From NCBI GenBank assembly GCA_965552135.1, contig CBEVQY010000013.1:1-61986 (forward strand): DNA of 61,986 nucleotides, in the 5' to 3' direction. Both the position numbers and the translations under genes were made by a program. Below, piece after piece: positions 32,038 through 42,541 of the stretch; position 1 is the stretch's first letter; each line of letters opens with the position of its first letter. The stretch comes from an uncultured bacterium. GTDB taxonomy: Bacteria > UBP14 > UBA6098 > B30-G16. The notes under the pieces are model-generated. The model was not told where the DNA came from. It made no database searches and worked only from the letters and a program-made list of their open reading frames with translations.

Positions 32038-32157
32038 TCCCCGCCCACCATACCGCGGGGGAAACGCCCGGTCCCATTCCGAACCCGGAAGCTAAGCCCC
32101 GCAGGGCCGATGATACTTGGCGGGAAGCCGCCCGGGAAAGTAGGTCGTGGGCGGGGA
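32038..32157 (+). rRNA. rrf: 5S rRNA
   Basis: CCCGGTCCCATTCCGAACCCGGAAGCTAAG core; terminal stem TCCCCGCCCAC/GTGGGCGGGGA; followed by a T7 tract. Confidence 0.97.
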
Positions 32158-32163
32158 CTTTTT

Positions 32164-32457
32164 TTACTCCTCGCCCCGAACCATAAGCTCGTATAAAAGC
32201 GCCTGCCTTATCGCCTCGAACCTCGCGTGGTTTCTCTCCACACGCTCGATCCGCTCGGCAAGCGAGAAAAGGTCCTCAAGTTCGCCGCCCTCCGCGCCCA
32301 AAAAGCGCAAAACACCCCCCTGATGCTCAAGCTGCATAACGCGCCAGGTGGCAAACTCGTACATGTTCAAAAGCGCGCGCGTCGAAAAGCGCTTGTAGCG
32401 GCTCTCCTCCGCCCGAATCTGGCGCAAAACCTCGCTTTTTTCGGGCACAATCTTCAT
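32164..32457 (-). CDS. Hypothetical protein
   Basis: 97 aa; its ATG overlaps the stop of the rhomboid gene. Confidence 0.55.
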   Translation of the reverse strand: MKIVPEKSEVLRQIRAEESRYKRFSTRALLNMYEFATWRVMQLEHQGGVLRFLGAEGGELEDLFSLAERIERVERNHARFEAIRQALLYELMVRGEE

Positions 32458-33266
32458 CTTACGCGCCTCTCACCCTCGCAGCCTGAAAAGTACTTCCCAG
32501 ACTCGATTAGCCTACGACGCTCAACAGAAGTAAGGCTTTCAAACCCCTCGCTTAGGATCTTGTCGTATATGTCGTCGATATCGTCGAGATATGGTCGTGC
32601 AGGGATGACGATGACCTCTGTGTGTCCGCCGCGCGTCCTGCCGCGATCCATCCTCGACCAAACCCACAAAACGAGCGCGCCGAAGAACATCCCTCCAAGG
32701 TGCGCAGAGTGCGCAATCCCGTCGGGTCGACCGCTCACAGACGCCAAAAACTCAACCACACCAAACAAAATCACCAAATACTTCGCCCTCATCGGAATGA
32801 AAAGATAAAGGAGAAGTATTCTGTTGGGGAAAGTGATTCCGTAAGCCAAAAGGAGCCCGTAAACCGCGCCCGACGCACCTATTGTGGGGACGCGCGTGAA
32901 CGCAAACGCACAAAGCCCCGCGCCTATCCCCGTCACAAAATAGTAAAACAAAAACCTCCTCGCCCCCCAAAGCATCTCCAGGTCGTGCCCGAAGATGTAG
33001 AGGGCAAGCATGTTGAAGAAAAGGTGGGCGAAGTTTCCGTGCAAAAACATATAGGTCACAAACTGCCACAGATAAAGCCTTTTTACTATAAGCGGTGGCA
33101 CAAGCCCGAAGGTCAGGACGAAGGTTGTGGGGGCAAGCATCTCCACGAAGAAGACCGCGACGTTCGCCGCAATGAGCGTGAGGACGACGTTCGTGGGTCG
33201 CCTGAAGCCAACCCGATAGTACTGCCCCGGGTAGTAGGTTCCATATCCCCAAACGCGATACCGCAT
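32454..33266 (-). CDS. Rhomboid intramembrane serine protease
   Basis: WQFVTYMFLH, HLFFNM, GASGA (Ser), AHLGG (His); start uncertain (ORF open to 33302). Confidence 0.92.
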   Translation of the reverse strand: MRYRVWGYGTYYPGQYYRVGFRRPTNVVLTLIAANVAVFFVEMLAPTTFVLTFGLVPPLIVKRLYLWQFVTYMFLHGNFAHLFFNMLALYIFGHDLEMLWGARRFLFYYFVTGIGAGLCAFAFTRVPTIGASGAVYGLLLAYGITFPNRILLLYLFIPMRAKYLVILFGVVEFLASVSGRPDGIAHSAHLGGMFFGALVLWVWSRMDRGRTRGGHTEVIVIPARPYLDDIDDIYDKILSEGFESLTSVERRRLIESGKYFSGCEGERRVR

Positions 33267-33371
33267 CCCAAGAAAAGATATCGACACAGCGCGCAGGTTC
33301 AAGCTTTTTCACAAACTAAGGGCTGCCCGAGCTCTGCGGGCAGCCCTTCGATAAGGAGGTGCAGCAGAGTG

Positions 33372-34679
33372 CTACTGCTCGCTCGCCCTGCGACGCATGC
33401 GGCGCAAATACGCCGGCGTGTCGTAATCGTCGGGGGAGAAGTCCAGAAGCCCGGGTACATTGCCGGAGTCGATCGAGACGACACTCTCCTCGCTCACGCC
33501 GTCGGAGGCTTTATCCTTTTGCTCCTCCTCGCTCGGCGCAGCTTCCTGAGGGATGAAGGTTGGCGCGGTCTTAGGGGGATCCTCCTGAGCCTGCGCCTCA
33601 GGCGCGTGCGCAACCTGCCTCGGCTGCGGAGGAACGTCGAATATGCTGTCCATAGCCTGCGCGAGGCGCTGTGTGAACGTTGTCGAAAGCGGCTGCCGCG
33701 ACTGCTTGCCCCTCCTCGCAGGAACCGACGCAATAACGGTCACGCGAACCTCGTCCTGGAGCTGCTCGTCCAGAACCGTCCCGAAGTAAATCGTCGCCTC
33801 GGGTCCCGCCTGCTCGGAGATCAGGTTCGCCGCCTCGTTGACCTCGTCGAGGGTGAGGCTCGGACCGCCGGTGATGTTTATGAGGACGCTTTTCGACCCC
33901 GCTATGGAGACGTTGTCCATAAGGGGGCTTGAGATCGCCCTCTTAGCCGCCTCAAGCGCCCTCCCCTCGCCGCTTGCCACGCCGCTTCCTATGAGCGCGT
34001 TGCCGCCAACGTTGCGCAAAACCGCGCACACATCGGCGAAGTCGAGGTTGATAAGACCGGGCTTTGTGATAAGCTCGGAGATGCCCTGGACGGCGTTCAG
34101 CAAAACCTCGTCGGCTCTGGCGAACGACTCAAGAAGTGGCGCATCCTTCACGATCGAAAGCAGCTTTTCGTTTGGGATCACGATCAGTGCGTCGACCACC
34201 GACTTGAGCTCCTCGAGTCCGCGCTCGGCGTTCTCGAACCTCGTGCGCCCCTCAAACGGAAACGGCTTCGTCACGACGGCGACGGTGAGGATCCCCATCT
34301 CGCGGGCAAGTTTCGCTATCACAGGCGATGCACCCGTCCCCGTTCCACCGCCCATGCCAGCAGTGATGAAGAGCATGTCGGTCTCCTGGAGGTACTCGGA
34401 TATCATGTCCTTGTCCTCCTCCGCCGCCTTTCTTCCGAGCTCGGGGTCTCCGCCAGCGCCCAGACCGCGGGTGAGCCGCGTGCCGATCCTGACCTTAAGC
34501 GGCGCAGGGCATTGGTCCAGAGACTGCTGGTCGGTGTTGACGCAGACGAACTCCACTCCCTCAAGCCCCGCGTTGATCATCCGCGTGACGGCGTTGACGC
34601 CAGCACCACCCACACCCACAACCTTCAAACGCGCCGACGTCGAAACTTCAACCTCATCAACCGCCAACTCAAACACCAT
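33372..34679 (-). CDS. ftsZ: Cell division protein FtsZ
   Basis: GVGGAGVNA, GMGGGTGTG, NLDFAD, C-terminal DTPAYLRR. Confidence 0.99.
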   Translation of the reverse strand: MVFELAVDEVEVSTSARLKVVGVGGAGVNAVTRMINAGLEGVEFVCVNTDQQSLDQCPAPLKVRIGTRLTRGLGAGGDPELGRKAAEEDKDMISEYLQETDMLFITAGMGGGTGTGASPVIAKLAREMGILTVAVVTKPFPFEGRTRFENAERGLEELKSVVDALIVIPNEKLLSIVKDAPLLESFARADEVLLNAVQGISELITKPGLINLDFADVCAVLRNVGGNALIGSGVASGEGRALEAAKRAISSPLMDNVSIAGSKSVLINITGGPSLTLDEVNEAANLISEQAGPEATIYFGTVLDEQLQDEVRVTVIASVPARRGKQSRQPLSTTFTQRLAQAMDSIFDVPPQPRQVAHAPEAQAQEDPPKTAPTFIPQEAAPSEEEQKDKASDGVSEESVVSIDSGNVPGLLDFSPDDYDTPAYLRRMRRRASEQ

Positions 34680-34697
34680 GACGCACCTCCTTGTTGG

Positions 34698-35930
34698 TTA
34701 AATGTTCTTAAGCACCCACCTTTTTATTCTGTTCCACAGCGCCGAAAGCCCGCCCCCGCCCCTGGCTTTAGCCTTCAGCGTCTTTCGTCTTGTGTACTCG
34801 ACAAGCAGGGCGCCCCAGGCGGCGGGGAAATCGGGAAGCCTCATCCCCTGGGGCACGGGGTCCTTATCGCCCGGAAGCCCAAGTCGCACCGGCATGCCGA
34901 AAACGCGCTCGGCGAGGAAAACGACCTGCGGCATAAGGGACGTTCCGCCCGTAAGCACAACGCCCGCGGGGAGGCTTTCGCTCGAAAGCTTGAAGCCCAC
35001 CTTCTCGAACTCCTCCTTGACCATAAGCATGATCTCCTCAAGCCGCGCCTCGACGATCATCCCCACGAATCGCTTCTTGACCTTTCTGGGCTCGCGACCG
35101 CCTATGCCCATGATCTCGACAAGCTCGTCCTCGGGAATGGTGTTTTCGACGGCGCATCCGTGCGAAAGCTTGACCTCCTCTGCCGCCGGTCGCGTGAGCT
35201 TAAGACCGACCATAAGGTCGTGGGTGATGCTCTCGCCGGCGTAGGGGATCGCCACCGCCTGCTTCGGTCTCCCACCCTTGTAGATGGCGGCGTTTGTTAC
35301 CCCCGCTCCGATATCGATGACGACGGCGCCAAGCTCGCGCTCCTCCTCGGTGAGGACCGCCTCGGCAACGGCAACTGAAGACGCAACGAAGCCCGTTGGA
35401 ACGAGGTCCACGTCCTCAAGCGCCATCGTCAGGTTCCTGACGGCGGCAGCGGGCGCAACGAAAACCAAAACGTCGCCCTCAAGTCTCGTGGCTATCATCC
35501 CCGTCGGGTCGACTACGCCGCCTTGACCGTCGGCTGTGAAGTCGCTTACGGCGAAGTCGATGATCTGCGCATCCTGCGGCAGGGGCAGCGCCTCAGCCGC
35601 CTCGATGACCTTCGCGACGTCGTCGGCGGTGACCTTGCCCCTGTCCCTGGGGATGGTTGTCACGCCGTGGCTCTTTATCACCTTGACCTGCGCGCCGCCG
35701 AAGACGGCAACGACATCCCTGACCTTTAGCTGAGCCTGCTTCTCCGCCTGCGAAAGCGCGTGCCTTATGCCCTTCAAAGCCTTCGAGACGTTGGCGACAA
35801 CGCCCCTCACGACCCCCTCGTTGGGCGCGGAGCCAAAACCGCGCACCGCAAGACCAACGTCGGTCTCCTCGGCTATGACAACCGCCGTCTTCGCCGTCCC
35901 AACGTCTATTGCAGCTATGACTTCGTCCAT
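34698..35930 (-). CDS. ftsA: Cell division protein FtsA
   Basis: IDVGTAK, DIGAGVT, VLTGG, C-terminal amphipathic helix. Confidence 0.95.
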   Translation of the reverse strand: MDEVIAAIDVGTAKTAVVIAEETDVGLAVRGFGSAPNEGVVRGVVANVSKALKGIRHALSQAEKQAQLKVRDVVAVFGGAQVKVIKSHGVTTIPRDRGKVTADDVAKVIEAAEALPLPQDAQIIDFAVSDFTADGQGGVVDPTGMIATRLEGDVLVFVAPAAAVRNLTMALEDVDLVPTGFVASSVAVAEAVLTEEERELGAVVIDIGAGVTNAAIYKGGRPKQAVAIPYAGESITHDLMVGLKLTRPAAEEVKLSHGCAVENTIPEDELVEIMGIGGREPRKVKKRFVGMIVEARLEEIMLMVKEEFEKVGFKLSSESLPAGVVLTGGTSLMPQVVFLAERVFGMPVRLGLPGDKDPVPQGMRLPDFPAAWGALLVEYTRRKTLKAKARGGGGLSALWNRIKRWVLKNI

Positions 35931-35947
35931 AGCGACCTCTCCCACTT

Positions 35948-36700
35948 TCACCCACGACCATTCCAAGGACCTCGCCTGCCACGAGGGCAGCCGACAAACC
36001 TCACAATACCCTGGTCGGGAAAGCGCAGGTCTATCTCGGCTACGCTATCTGCAGCGGGACCAAGCTGCCTGAGGATGAACTCGAGCCTCTCGAAGAGCTT
36101 GGGCGAGCTTTCGGGGAAGACGACCTGCGTCCCGCCGTCTGCGAGGAAGACGACGTACTCCCCCTCCCGCGGCGAGACGACCTCGGATATCATGCCCAAA
36201 AAGGCGGGCTTCGTTTTCGCAACAAAGTTGAGGAACTCAAGCGCCCTGCGCGCAGACGGCGCCACAACGCGCCTGTAAGGCTTCGGACTGTAGTTCTCAA
36301 CAACGGATATAACGGGCAGGCTCGGAAGCTTCCTCACGTCCTTTATGGGAATTGCGTCGCCCGCCGAGGTTATGCCCCACACCTTGCCGCAGCAAAGCAG
36401 GTACGAGGGCGTCTTTTCGCGAACGAAGACCTCCACCCCGTCGGGCAGCCTGCGCCTCACGCGAACGTCCTCGATGCGAGGGTCCCTTAAGATGCTTCGC
36501 CGCGCCGCCCTCGTGGAGACAAAAAGCAGGTTATCGCCGTAGGAGAACGGCAAAAGCCTCTCAAGCTCCGAACGCCGCACATCCACAAGACCGAAGAACT
36601 CGATTCTTTTTACGGCAAAGCGCGTAGTCGTAAGGAGCCATCCCGCCCCAAGCGCCAACGCCCCAAAAAGAAGAAGCGCTATGTTGACCGCCCTCCTCAT
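35948..36700 (-). CDS. ftsQ: Cell division protein FtsQ
   Basis: TM plus POTRA (RRRLPDGVEVFVRE), EIDLRF; dcw position. Confidence 0.85.
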   Translation of the reverse strand: MRRAVNIALLLFGALALGAGWLLTTTRFAVKRIEFFGLVDVRRSELERLLPFSYGDNLLFVSTRAARRSILRDPRIEDVRVRRRLPDGVEVFVREKTPSYLLCCGKVWGITSAGDAIPIKDVRKLPSLPVISVVENYSPKPYRRVVAPSARRALEFLNFVAKTKPAFLGMISEVVSPREGEYVVFLADGGTQVVFPESSPKLFERLEFILRQLGPAADSVAEIDLRFPDQGIVRFVGCPRGRRGPWNGRG

Positions 36701-37605
36701 TCGAACCCCAGAAGTTTGATCTCAAGCTCGAGCTCGACGCCGAACCTTTCGGCGACCTCGCGCCTTATGATTTCGATGAGCTCGACTATATGCCTTGCCT
36801 GTGCGCCGCCCGTGTTGACGATGAAGTTTGCGTGTTTGTTTGAGACCATTGCGCCGCCTACGCGCAAACCCTTAAGCCCCGCCCGCTCGATGAGCTCGCC
36901 TGCGTGCATCCCCGGCGGGTTTTTGAAAACGCATCCCGCCGAGCGCTCCGACAGAGGCTGACTCATGCTCCTGCTGCGGAGGACTTCATCGATGCGGCGG
37001 GAAAGCTCATCGCGGTCAGCTTTGGAAAGCTCGACCGTCGCCGAGACGACAACCGCGCCGTCGGGAAGCCTTACGCTCCTGTACGAAGGCGCCAGCTCAT
37101 CCCTCACAAGCGTTTCGAACTTGCCCTGCGCCGTCAGAACCTCGACGAATACCGTTCTGTCGAGGAACTGGCATCCGAAGGCGCCAGCGTTCATCACCAC
37201 TGCGCCGCCCACGGAGCCTGGGATCCCTGCCAAAAGCTCCATCCCGCCGTACCCCGCTTCGGCGATCCTTGCGATCGCATCGGTCAGACCTGCGCCCGCC
37301 CCAAGGCGCCACCTGCAGCCGCCCTCGTGAACGACGTCGTCCAGACCGCCCTCCACAAGCACCACGACGCCGTCGAAGCCGTCGTCGGAGGCGAGGACGT
37401 TCGTCCCGCGACCCAGGACGAAGCTGGGTAAACCCTCCCGGCGCAGAAAGGCAAAAAGCTCCCTAAGCTCGTCCTTGGATGCCGGCTTCGCCACGACGGC
37501 AGCCTCGCCGCCAACGCCAAAGCTCGTCAAAAGGGAGAGCCTGACGTTGCGCTCGGCGGAACAGATAGCCGAAACCGTGGCGAATATTTCGTCCCAGTCA
37601 CGCAC
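36697..37605 (-). CDS. murB: UDP-N-acetylmuramate dehydrogenase
   Basis: LGRGTNVL, GIPGSVGGAVVMNAGAFG, SAGCVFKNP, HANFIVN. Confidence 0.95.
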   Translation of the reverse strand: MRDWDEIFATVSAICSAERNVRLSLLTSFGVGGEAAVVAKPASKDELRELFAFLRREGLPSFVLGRGTNVLASDDGFDGVVVLVEGGLDDVVHEGGCRWRLGAGAGLTDAIARIAEAGYGGMELLAGIPGSVGGAVVMNAGAFGCQFLDRTVFVEVLTAQGKFETLVRDELAPSYRSVRLPDGAVVVSATVELSKADRDELSRRIDEVLRSRSMSQPLSERSAGCVFKNPPGMHAGELIERAGLKGLRVGGAMVSNKHANFIVNTGGAQARHIVELIEIIRREVAERFGVELELEIKLLGFE

Positions 37606-39004
37606 CGCCTCGCCTCCTGCGAAGCCGAGCCAAAAACTCGTCGGCAACGCGCCAGATGTTGCCCGCGCCGATGGTCAAAACCATATCGCCGGGCTTGACG
37701 ATCCGCTCCAGAAGCTCTGGGATATCCTCCATATCCGGCACGAAGTGGACATCGCGGTGTCCGTAATCCTTTGCGGCGCGGGCTATCATCTCGCCCGTCA
37801 CCCCAGGAAGCGGCTCCTCGCGCGCACCGTAAATCTCGGTCACAACGAGAACGTCGCAGTTGAGGAAAGCCTTGCCGAAATCCTGCCAGAACTCCCTCGT
37901 CCTCGAGTAGAGGTGCGGCTGGAAGACGGCTACGATCCTTCTGTCGTAGGCGGTTTTGGCAGCCTGAAGGGTAACGCGGATTTCGGTCGGGTGGTGACCG
38001 AAGTCGTCCACAACGAGGATGCCGTCGACCTCGCCCTTGACCTGAAACCTCCTGTACACCCCTTTAAACTCCGCGAGGGCGCGCCGAATTGTGCCGAAAT
38101 CTATGCCGAGCTCCAGACCAACGGCTATCGCCGCCAACGCGTTCTTGACGTTGTGAAGTCCGATGAGATTGACCCGAACATCCCCGAGCCTCTCCTCGCT
38201 GGCGATGACAGAGAACGCGGTAAAGCCCTTCTCAACGGCTACTTTGACGGCGCGGACGTCTGCCTGGGTCGAAAGCCCGTAGGTTATGATCCTGCGCTTT
38301 ATACGCGGCAGCATCTCCTGCAGCGGCGGCTCGTCGATGCAAAGAACGACTGCACCGTAGAAGGGGACTTTGTTCATAAACTCGAGGAATGCGTCTCTTA
38401 GGTCGCCTATGTCGGCGTAGCACTCCATGTGCTCGCGCTCCATGTTGGTCACGACGGCTATCGTTGGCGAGAGCCTGAGGAACGACTTGTCGAACTCATC
38501 CGCTTCGGCGACGAGATACTCCCCCGTCCCGAGGCGGACGCTCGACCCAAGGCTCACCACCTTCCCGCCGACTATCACGGTGGGGTCGAGTCCCGCCTTA
38601 AGGAGCACCTCGCCGACAAGTGAGGTCGTTGTGCTTTTGCCGTGCGTGCCCGAGACGGCGATGCCGTACTTGAGGCGCATAAGCTCAGCCAACATCTCAG
38701 CCCTGGGGATCACGGGGATTCCGCGCTCGAGCGCGGCGCGCCGCTCCACGTTGTCCTCCCTTATGGCAGACGAAACAACCACGACGTCCGCATCGCCTAT
38801 GTTCTCAGGGGCGTGGGTGTAGTAGATCTTCGCGCCAAGCTTCTCAAGCCTCTCCGTGACGTCGCTGCGCCTTATGTCGGAGCCGGTTATCTCGTAGCCG
38901 AGGTTCAAAAGTATCTCGGCTATGCCGCTCATGCCGCTTCCGCCTATGCCGACGAAGTGAAGCCTCTTTATCTTCTTGAACATGTGTCCGCTGCGAGGGC
39001 TCAT
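37598..39004 (-). CDS. murC: UDP-N-acetylmuramate--L-alanine ligase
   Basis: HFVGIGGSGMS, GTHGKSTT, EADE, DDFGHHPTE, FQPHLYSRT. Confidence 0.97.
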   Translation of the reverse strand: MSPRSGHMFKKIKRLHFVGIGGSGMSGIAEILLNLGYEITGSDIRRSDVTERLEKLGAKIYYTHAPENIGDADVVVVSSAIREDNVERRAALERGIPVIPRAEMLAELMRLKYGIAVSGTHGKSTTTSLVGEVLLKAGLDPTVIVGGKVVSLGSSVRLGTGEYLVAEADEFDKSFLRLSPTIAVVTNMEREHMECYADIGDLRDAFLEFMNKVPFYGAVVLCIDEPPLQEMLPRIKRRIITYGLSTQADVRAVKVAVEKGFTAFSVIASEERLGDVRVNLIGLHNVKNALAAIAVGLELGIDFGTIRRALAEFKGVYRRFQVKGEVDGILVVDDFGHHPTEIRVTLQAAKTAYDRRIVAVFQPHLYSRTREFWQDFGKAFLNCDVLVVTEIYGAREEPLPGVTGEMIARAAKDYGHRDVHFVPDMEDIPELLERIVKPGDMVLTIGAGNIWRVADEFLARLRRRRGGA

Positions 39005-40080
39005 CTTCCACTCCCTGTGTAGTCGACTATGGCTTTCGCGATCTCGTAGGCGGCCTTTGGCGATGCGAGGCTTTTTGCGGCGGCGCTCATCGCGCTACGC
39101 CTCGCGGAGTTCCCCAAAAGCTCGGTTATAGTGCTCCACAGAAGCGCCGGGGTGAGGTCCTCCTGATCTATGACGACCGCGGCTCCGCGGCGAGCGAAGA
39201 CCCTTGCGTTTACGCGCTGGTGGTCACCCGCCGCATAGGGATACGGTATAAGTATCGCGGGGAGCCCGAAGGCTGCGATCTCGGATATCGTGAGCGCGCC
39301 CGCCCGCGCAACCACAAGATCACTTGCGGCATATGCGCACGACATATCGTCGATGAAGCCAAAGAGCTTAACCGGCAGTTCGCGCGCAGAAAGCCAATTC
39401 CTAAGCGCACTATAGCCCTTTTCGCCGCACTGCCAGACAAACTGCACCTCCTCGGGCTCGAAGCGCTCTAACATCTCCTTCGTGACCTCGTTTATTGCCG
39501 CGGCGCCCTGGCTCCCGCCCGTGATGAGGACGGTGAACTTTCCGAGGTCGAGTCCGAGCCTGCGACGCGCGTGCTCCTTCGTCCAAGCGCCGACGTCAAC
39601 CCAAATCGGGTTACCAACCACAACCGCCCTGCCCCTGCGCCAAAGCGTGTCCCGCGCCTCGGGGAAAGCCAAGAAGACCCTTCTCGCGAAAAGCGAGCCA
39701 AGCTTGGTGGCAAGACCCGGGAGGGCATTTTGCTCCTGGATGAAGAGTGGGATTCCCCTAAGCGCAGATGCTATGGCGACGGGCGCGCTGACGTAGCCGC
39801 CCGTCCCGATCGCGCAGTGGGGCTTGAACCGCGAGATGATCCGCAAAACCTGCACCGTCGAAACCCAAAGCTTGCGCAGCGACCTCACCCCGCGCCAAGG
39901 ATGCGCATCCACAAACTCTATCTCAAACCCGGCGCCAGACACGATATCCCCCTCCATCCCGCGCCTCGTTCCCACAAAGAGGAAGCGCGGGTCCGGGTCG
40001 AACCTCCGCAGGGCACGGGCGATGTTAACCGCCGGAATCACGTGCCCGCCTGTACCCCCTCCTGCCATCAGGTAGCGCAT
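39001..40080 (-). CDS. murG: MurG GlcNAc transferase
   Basis: GGGTGGHV, GGSQGA, RAGALT, DHQRVNA. Confidence 0.97.
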   Translation of the reverse strand: MRYLMAGGGTGGHVIPAVNIARALRRFDPDPRFLFVGTRRGMEGDIVSGAGFEIEFVDAHPWRGVRSLRKLWVSTVQVLRIISRFKPHCAIGTGGYVSAPVAIASALRGIPLFIQEQNALPGLATKLGSLFARRVFLAFPEARDTLWRRGRAVVVGNPIWVDVGAWTKEHARRRLGLDLGKFTVLITGGSQGAAAINEVTKEMLERFEPEEVQFVWQCGEKGYSALRNWLSARELPVKLFGFIDDMSCAYAASDLVVARAGALTISEIAAFGLPAILIPYPYAAGDHQRVNARVFARRGAAVVIDQEDLTPALLWSTITELLGNSARRSAMSAAAKSLASPKAAYEIAKAIVDYTGSGR

Positions 40081-41213
40081 CTCCTCTCCAAAACCTCCAG
40101 CGCAGGCTTGGACAGAGGGACCTTGACCGCGCTGGAGATGTTCAGCAAAACCCCCACACTGAACATGTGCACAACAAGCTGAGAGCCACCATAGCTCACA
40201 AATGGCAGCGGGATGCCCGTCGTCGGAAGAAGCCTCGTTACAACGCCGAGGTTTATGAGCGCGAAGGTCAAGATCGTCGCGGTTATTCCGAAGGCAAGAT
40301 ACGCCCCGAACCTGTCGGGTGCGCGCAGGGCTATCCTTATGCCGCGCCAGGCTATGTACGCAAACGCAAGAAGGACCGCGGTCGCGCCGACAAGACCAAG
40401 CTCCTCGCCTATCACGGCGTAGATGAAGTCGGTGTGGGCTTCGGGCAGGTAGAAGATCTTCTGCCTGCTCTGCCCCAATCCAACGCCGAAGATCCCGCCG
40501 CTTCCAAGGGCTATGAGGGACTGCGTTATTTGGTACCCCTCCTTAAGCGGGTCGCCGCGGGTGAAGAAAGCCTTAAGCCTCATGTAGGCGTGATGGGATT
40601 TCACCATAAGCACTCCGAGCGCAGCCGCAGCGGGAACGCCTATGTAGAGGAAGTGCCTCACAGGCACCCCAGCGACCACAAGCATAGCCACCACAACGAA
40701 GCCAAGCCCCATAACCATTCCGAAGTTCGGCTGCAAGAGGATGAGGAAAAGCGCCACGGAAACGGGGAAGAGCACGGGCAAAATCCCGCTGCGGAAGTAG
40801 TGCAGGACCTGCCTTCTGCGCGAAAGCTCCTCGGCAAGGAATACGACTATCGCGAACTTGGCAAGCTCGGATGGCTGCAGCGAGCTTGAGCCGAAGAGCC
40901 TGACCCATCTGTTGGCGCCCTTTATCGCTCCAACGCCCGCAAGCTCGGGCACAAGCGGCAGAAGCAAAAGCGCACACACCGCAACAAGACCCCAAAGGGC
41001 ATACCTCTGCCAGAAATGATAGTCTATCCACATCCCCACAAACATGGCTGCGAAGCCCAAACAAAGCCTCACAAGCTGCCTTTTGAGGAAGAACATCGGG
41101 TCTCCGTAGCGGCTTTCGCTCGTTATCGACGAGGCGCTGTAGACCATCACAGTGCCGAAGAGCACCAGCGCCACGACGACCCAGAAAAGGTTTTTGTCGT
41201 ATCTGAGCCTCAT
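40068..41213 (-). CDS. ftsW: Peptidoglycan polymerase FtsW
   Basis: GANRW, QPSELAK, LPEAHTDFI, PFVSYGGS. Confidence 0.95.
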   Translation of the reverse strand: MRLRYDKNLFWVVVALVLFGTVMVYSASSITSESRYGDPMFFLKRQLVRLCLGFAAMFVGMWIDYHFWQRYALWGLVAVCALLLLPLVPELAGVGAIKGANRWVRLFGSSSLQPSELAKFAIVVFLAEELSRRRQVLHYFRSGILPVLFPVSVALFLILLQPNFGMVMGLGFVVVAMLVVAGVPVRHFLYIGVPAAAALGVLMVKSHHAYMRLKAFFTRGDPLKEGYQITQSLIALGSGGIFGVGLGQSRQKIFYLPEAHTDFIYAVIGEELGLVGATAVLLAFAYIAWRGIRIALRAPDRFGAYLAFGITATILTFALINLGVVTRLLPTTGIPLPFVSYGGSQLVVHMFSVGVLLNISSAVKVPLSKPALEVLERRCAT

Positions 41214-42538
41214 CTTCCCACGATCTTCCTCACAAGTTCCTTGAAGACCTTTCCGCGGTGCTCGAAGTTTTCGAACGCGTCGAAGCTTGCGCACCCCGGC
41301 GAGAGCATCACCACATCGCCGGGTTCGGCGAGGCTTACTGCGCGCTCAACGGCTCTCTCGAAGTCCGGCACGAAGACGGCGAAAAGGACAGCATCGCCAA
41401 GCTGGTGCGCCATAGCCTCGCCCGTAGCCCCCGTAAAGACCGCAGCCTTGACCTTGCGGGCGAAAAGCTCCCTGAGGTGCGAAAAGTCGGCGCCCTTGTC
41501 GTAGCCGCCCGCTATCAAAACTATCGGTCGATCGAAGGACATAAGCGCGTACATCAGGGCGTCGGGGTTTGTGGCTTTTGAGTCGTTGACGAAGAGGACG
41601 CCATCGCGCTCCAAAAAGCGCTCGAGCCTGTGCTCTATCCCCTCAAACTCCCTGAGCGCCCTTGCCGCGGCGGAGATATCCAGCCCAAGCGGTTTTGCCG
41701 CCGCCAAAGCCGCAAGCGCGTTGCACAGGTTGTGCGGACCTGGAATCCCAAGCTCAGACGCGGGAAGGACCTCCTCGCCGTCGAGGAGTATCATTCCCTC
41801 CTTCACCCACGCCCCGCGGACCTCCCGTCGCGCGGAGAAGAAGAGCTTTTGCGCAGAAAGCCCATCGCCGAGGGCAAGGACCTCATCCTGGTCGGCGTTG
41901 AGCACGGCGAAGTCATCCGCGCCCTGGTTGGCGAAGATGCGCGTCTTGGCGCGGTAGTAGTCGTCGACGGTTGCGTAGCGGTCGAGATGGTCCGGCGAGA
42001 GGTTCAGCAAAGCCGCAACGAACGGTCTGAAGCTATCGATCGCCTCGAGCTGGAAGCTCGACACCTCAAGGACGGTCACCGAATCGGGCGCCGTGTCCGT
42101 AACGACGGCGGAGTAAGGTCTCCCGATGTTCCCCGCAAGGATGGCGCGCATGCCGCTTGCCGAAAGGATCTTGTGCACAAGCGTTGCCGTGGTGCTCTTC
42201 CCGTTCGATCCCGTCACCGCAACAACCCGACCCATCTCGTGCCTGAAGGCGAACTCAAGCTCCGATATCACCGGCACGCCCCTGTCCCGCGCTCTCCTCA
42301 GCACATCGATCTCCAAAGGCACGCCGGGGCTTACGACGATGATGTCCACGTCAAGGAGGCGGTCGGAGTGCCCCCCCAGCTCGACCTCGATCCCCTTCGC
42401 CCTGAGCTCTTCTGCGCGCTTGCGCACGCGGACGTCGTCCGAGACGTCGGATGCGATGACCGAAAAGCCGTCGCCGGCGGCAAGAAGCGCCGCCGCATAA
42501 CCGCTGCGCGCTATCCCTATGACCCCCAAACGCCTCAT
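41210..42538 (-). CDS. murD: UDP-MurNAc-L-Ala--D-Glu ligase
   Basis: TGSNGKSTT, EVSSFQL, NDSKATN, SPGCASFD. Confidence 0.97.
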   Translation of the reverse strand: MRRLGVIGIARSGYAAALLAAGDGFSVIASDVSDDVRVRKRAEELRAKGIEVELGGHSDRLLDVDIIVVSPGVPLEIDVLRRARDRGVPVISELEFAFRHEMGRVVAVTGSNGKSTTATLVHKILSASGMRAILAGNIGRPYSAVVTDTAPDSVTVLEVSSFQLEAIDSFRPFVAALLNLSPDHLDRYATVDDYYRAKTRIFANQGADDFAVLNADQDEVLALGDGLSAQKLFFSARREVRGAWVKEGMILLDGEEVLPASELGIPGPHNLCNALAALAAAKPLGLDISAAARALREFEGIEHRLERFLERDGVLFVNDSKATNPDALMYALMSFDRPIVLIAGGYDKGADFSHLRELFARKVKAAVFTGATGEAMAHQLGDAVLFAVFVPDFERAVERAVSLAEPGDVVMLSPGCASFDAFENFEHRGKVFKELVRKIVGR

Positions 42539-42541
42539 CGA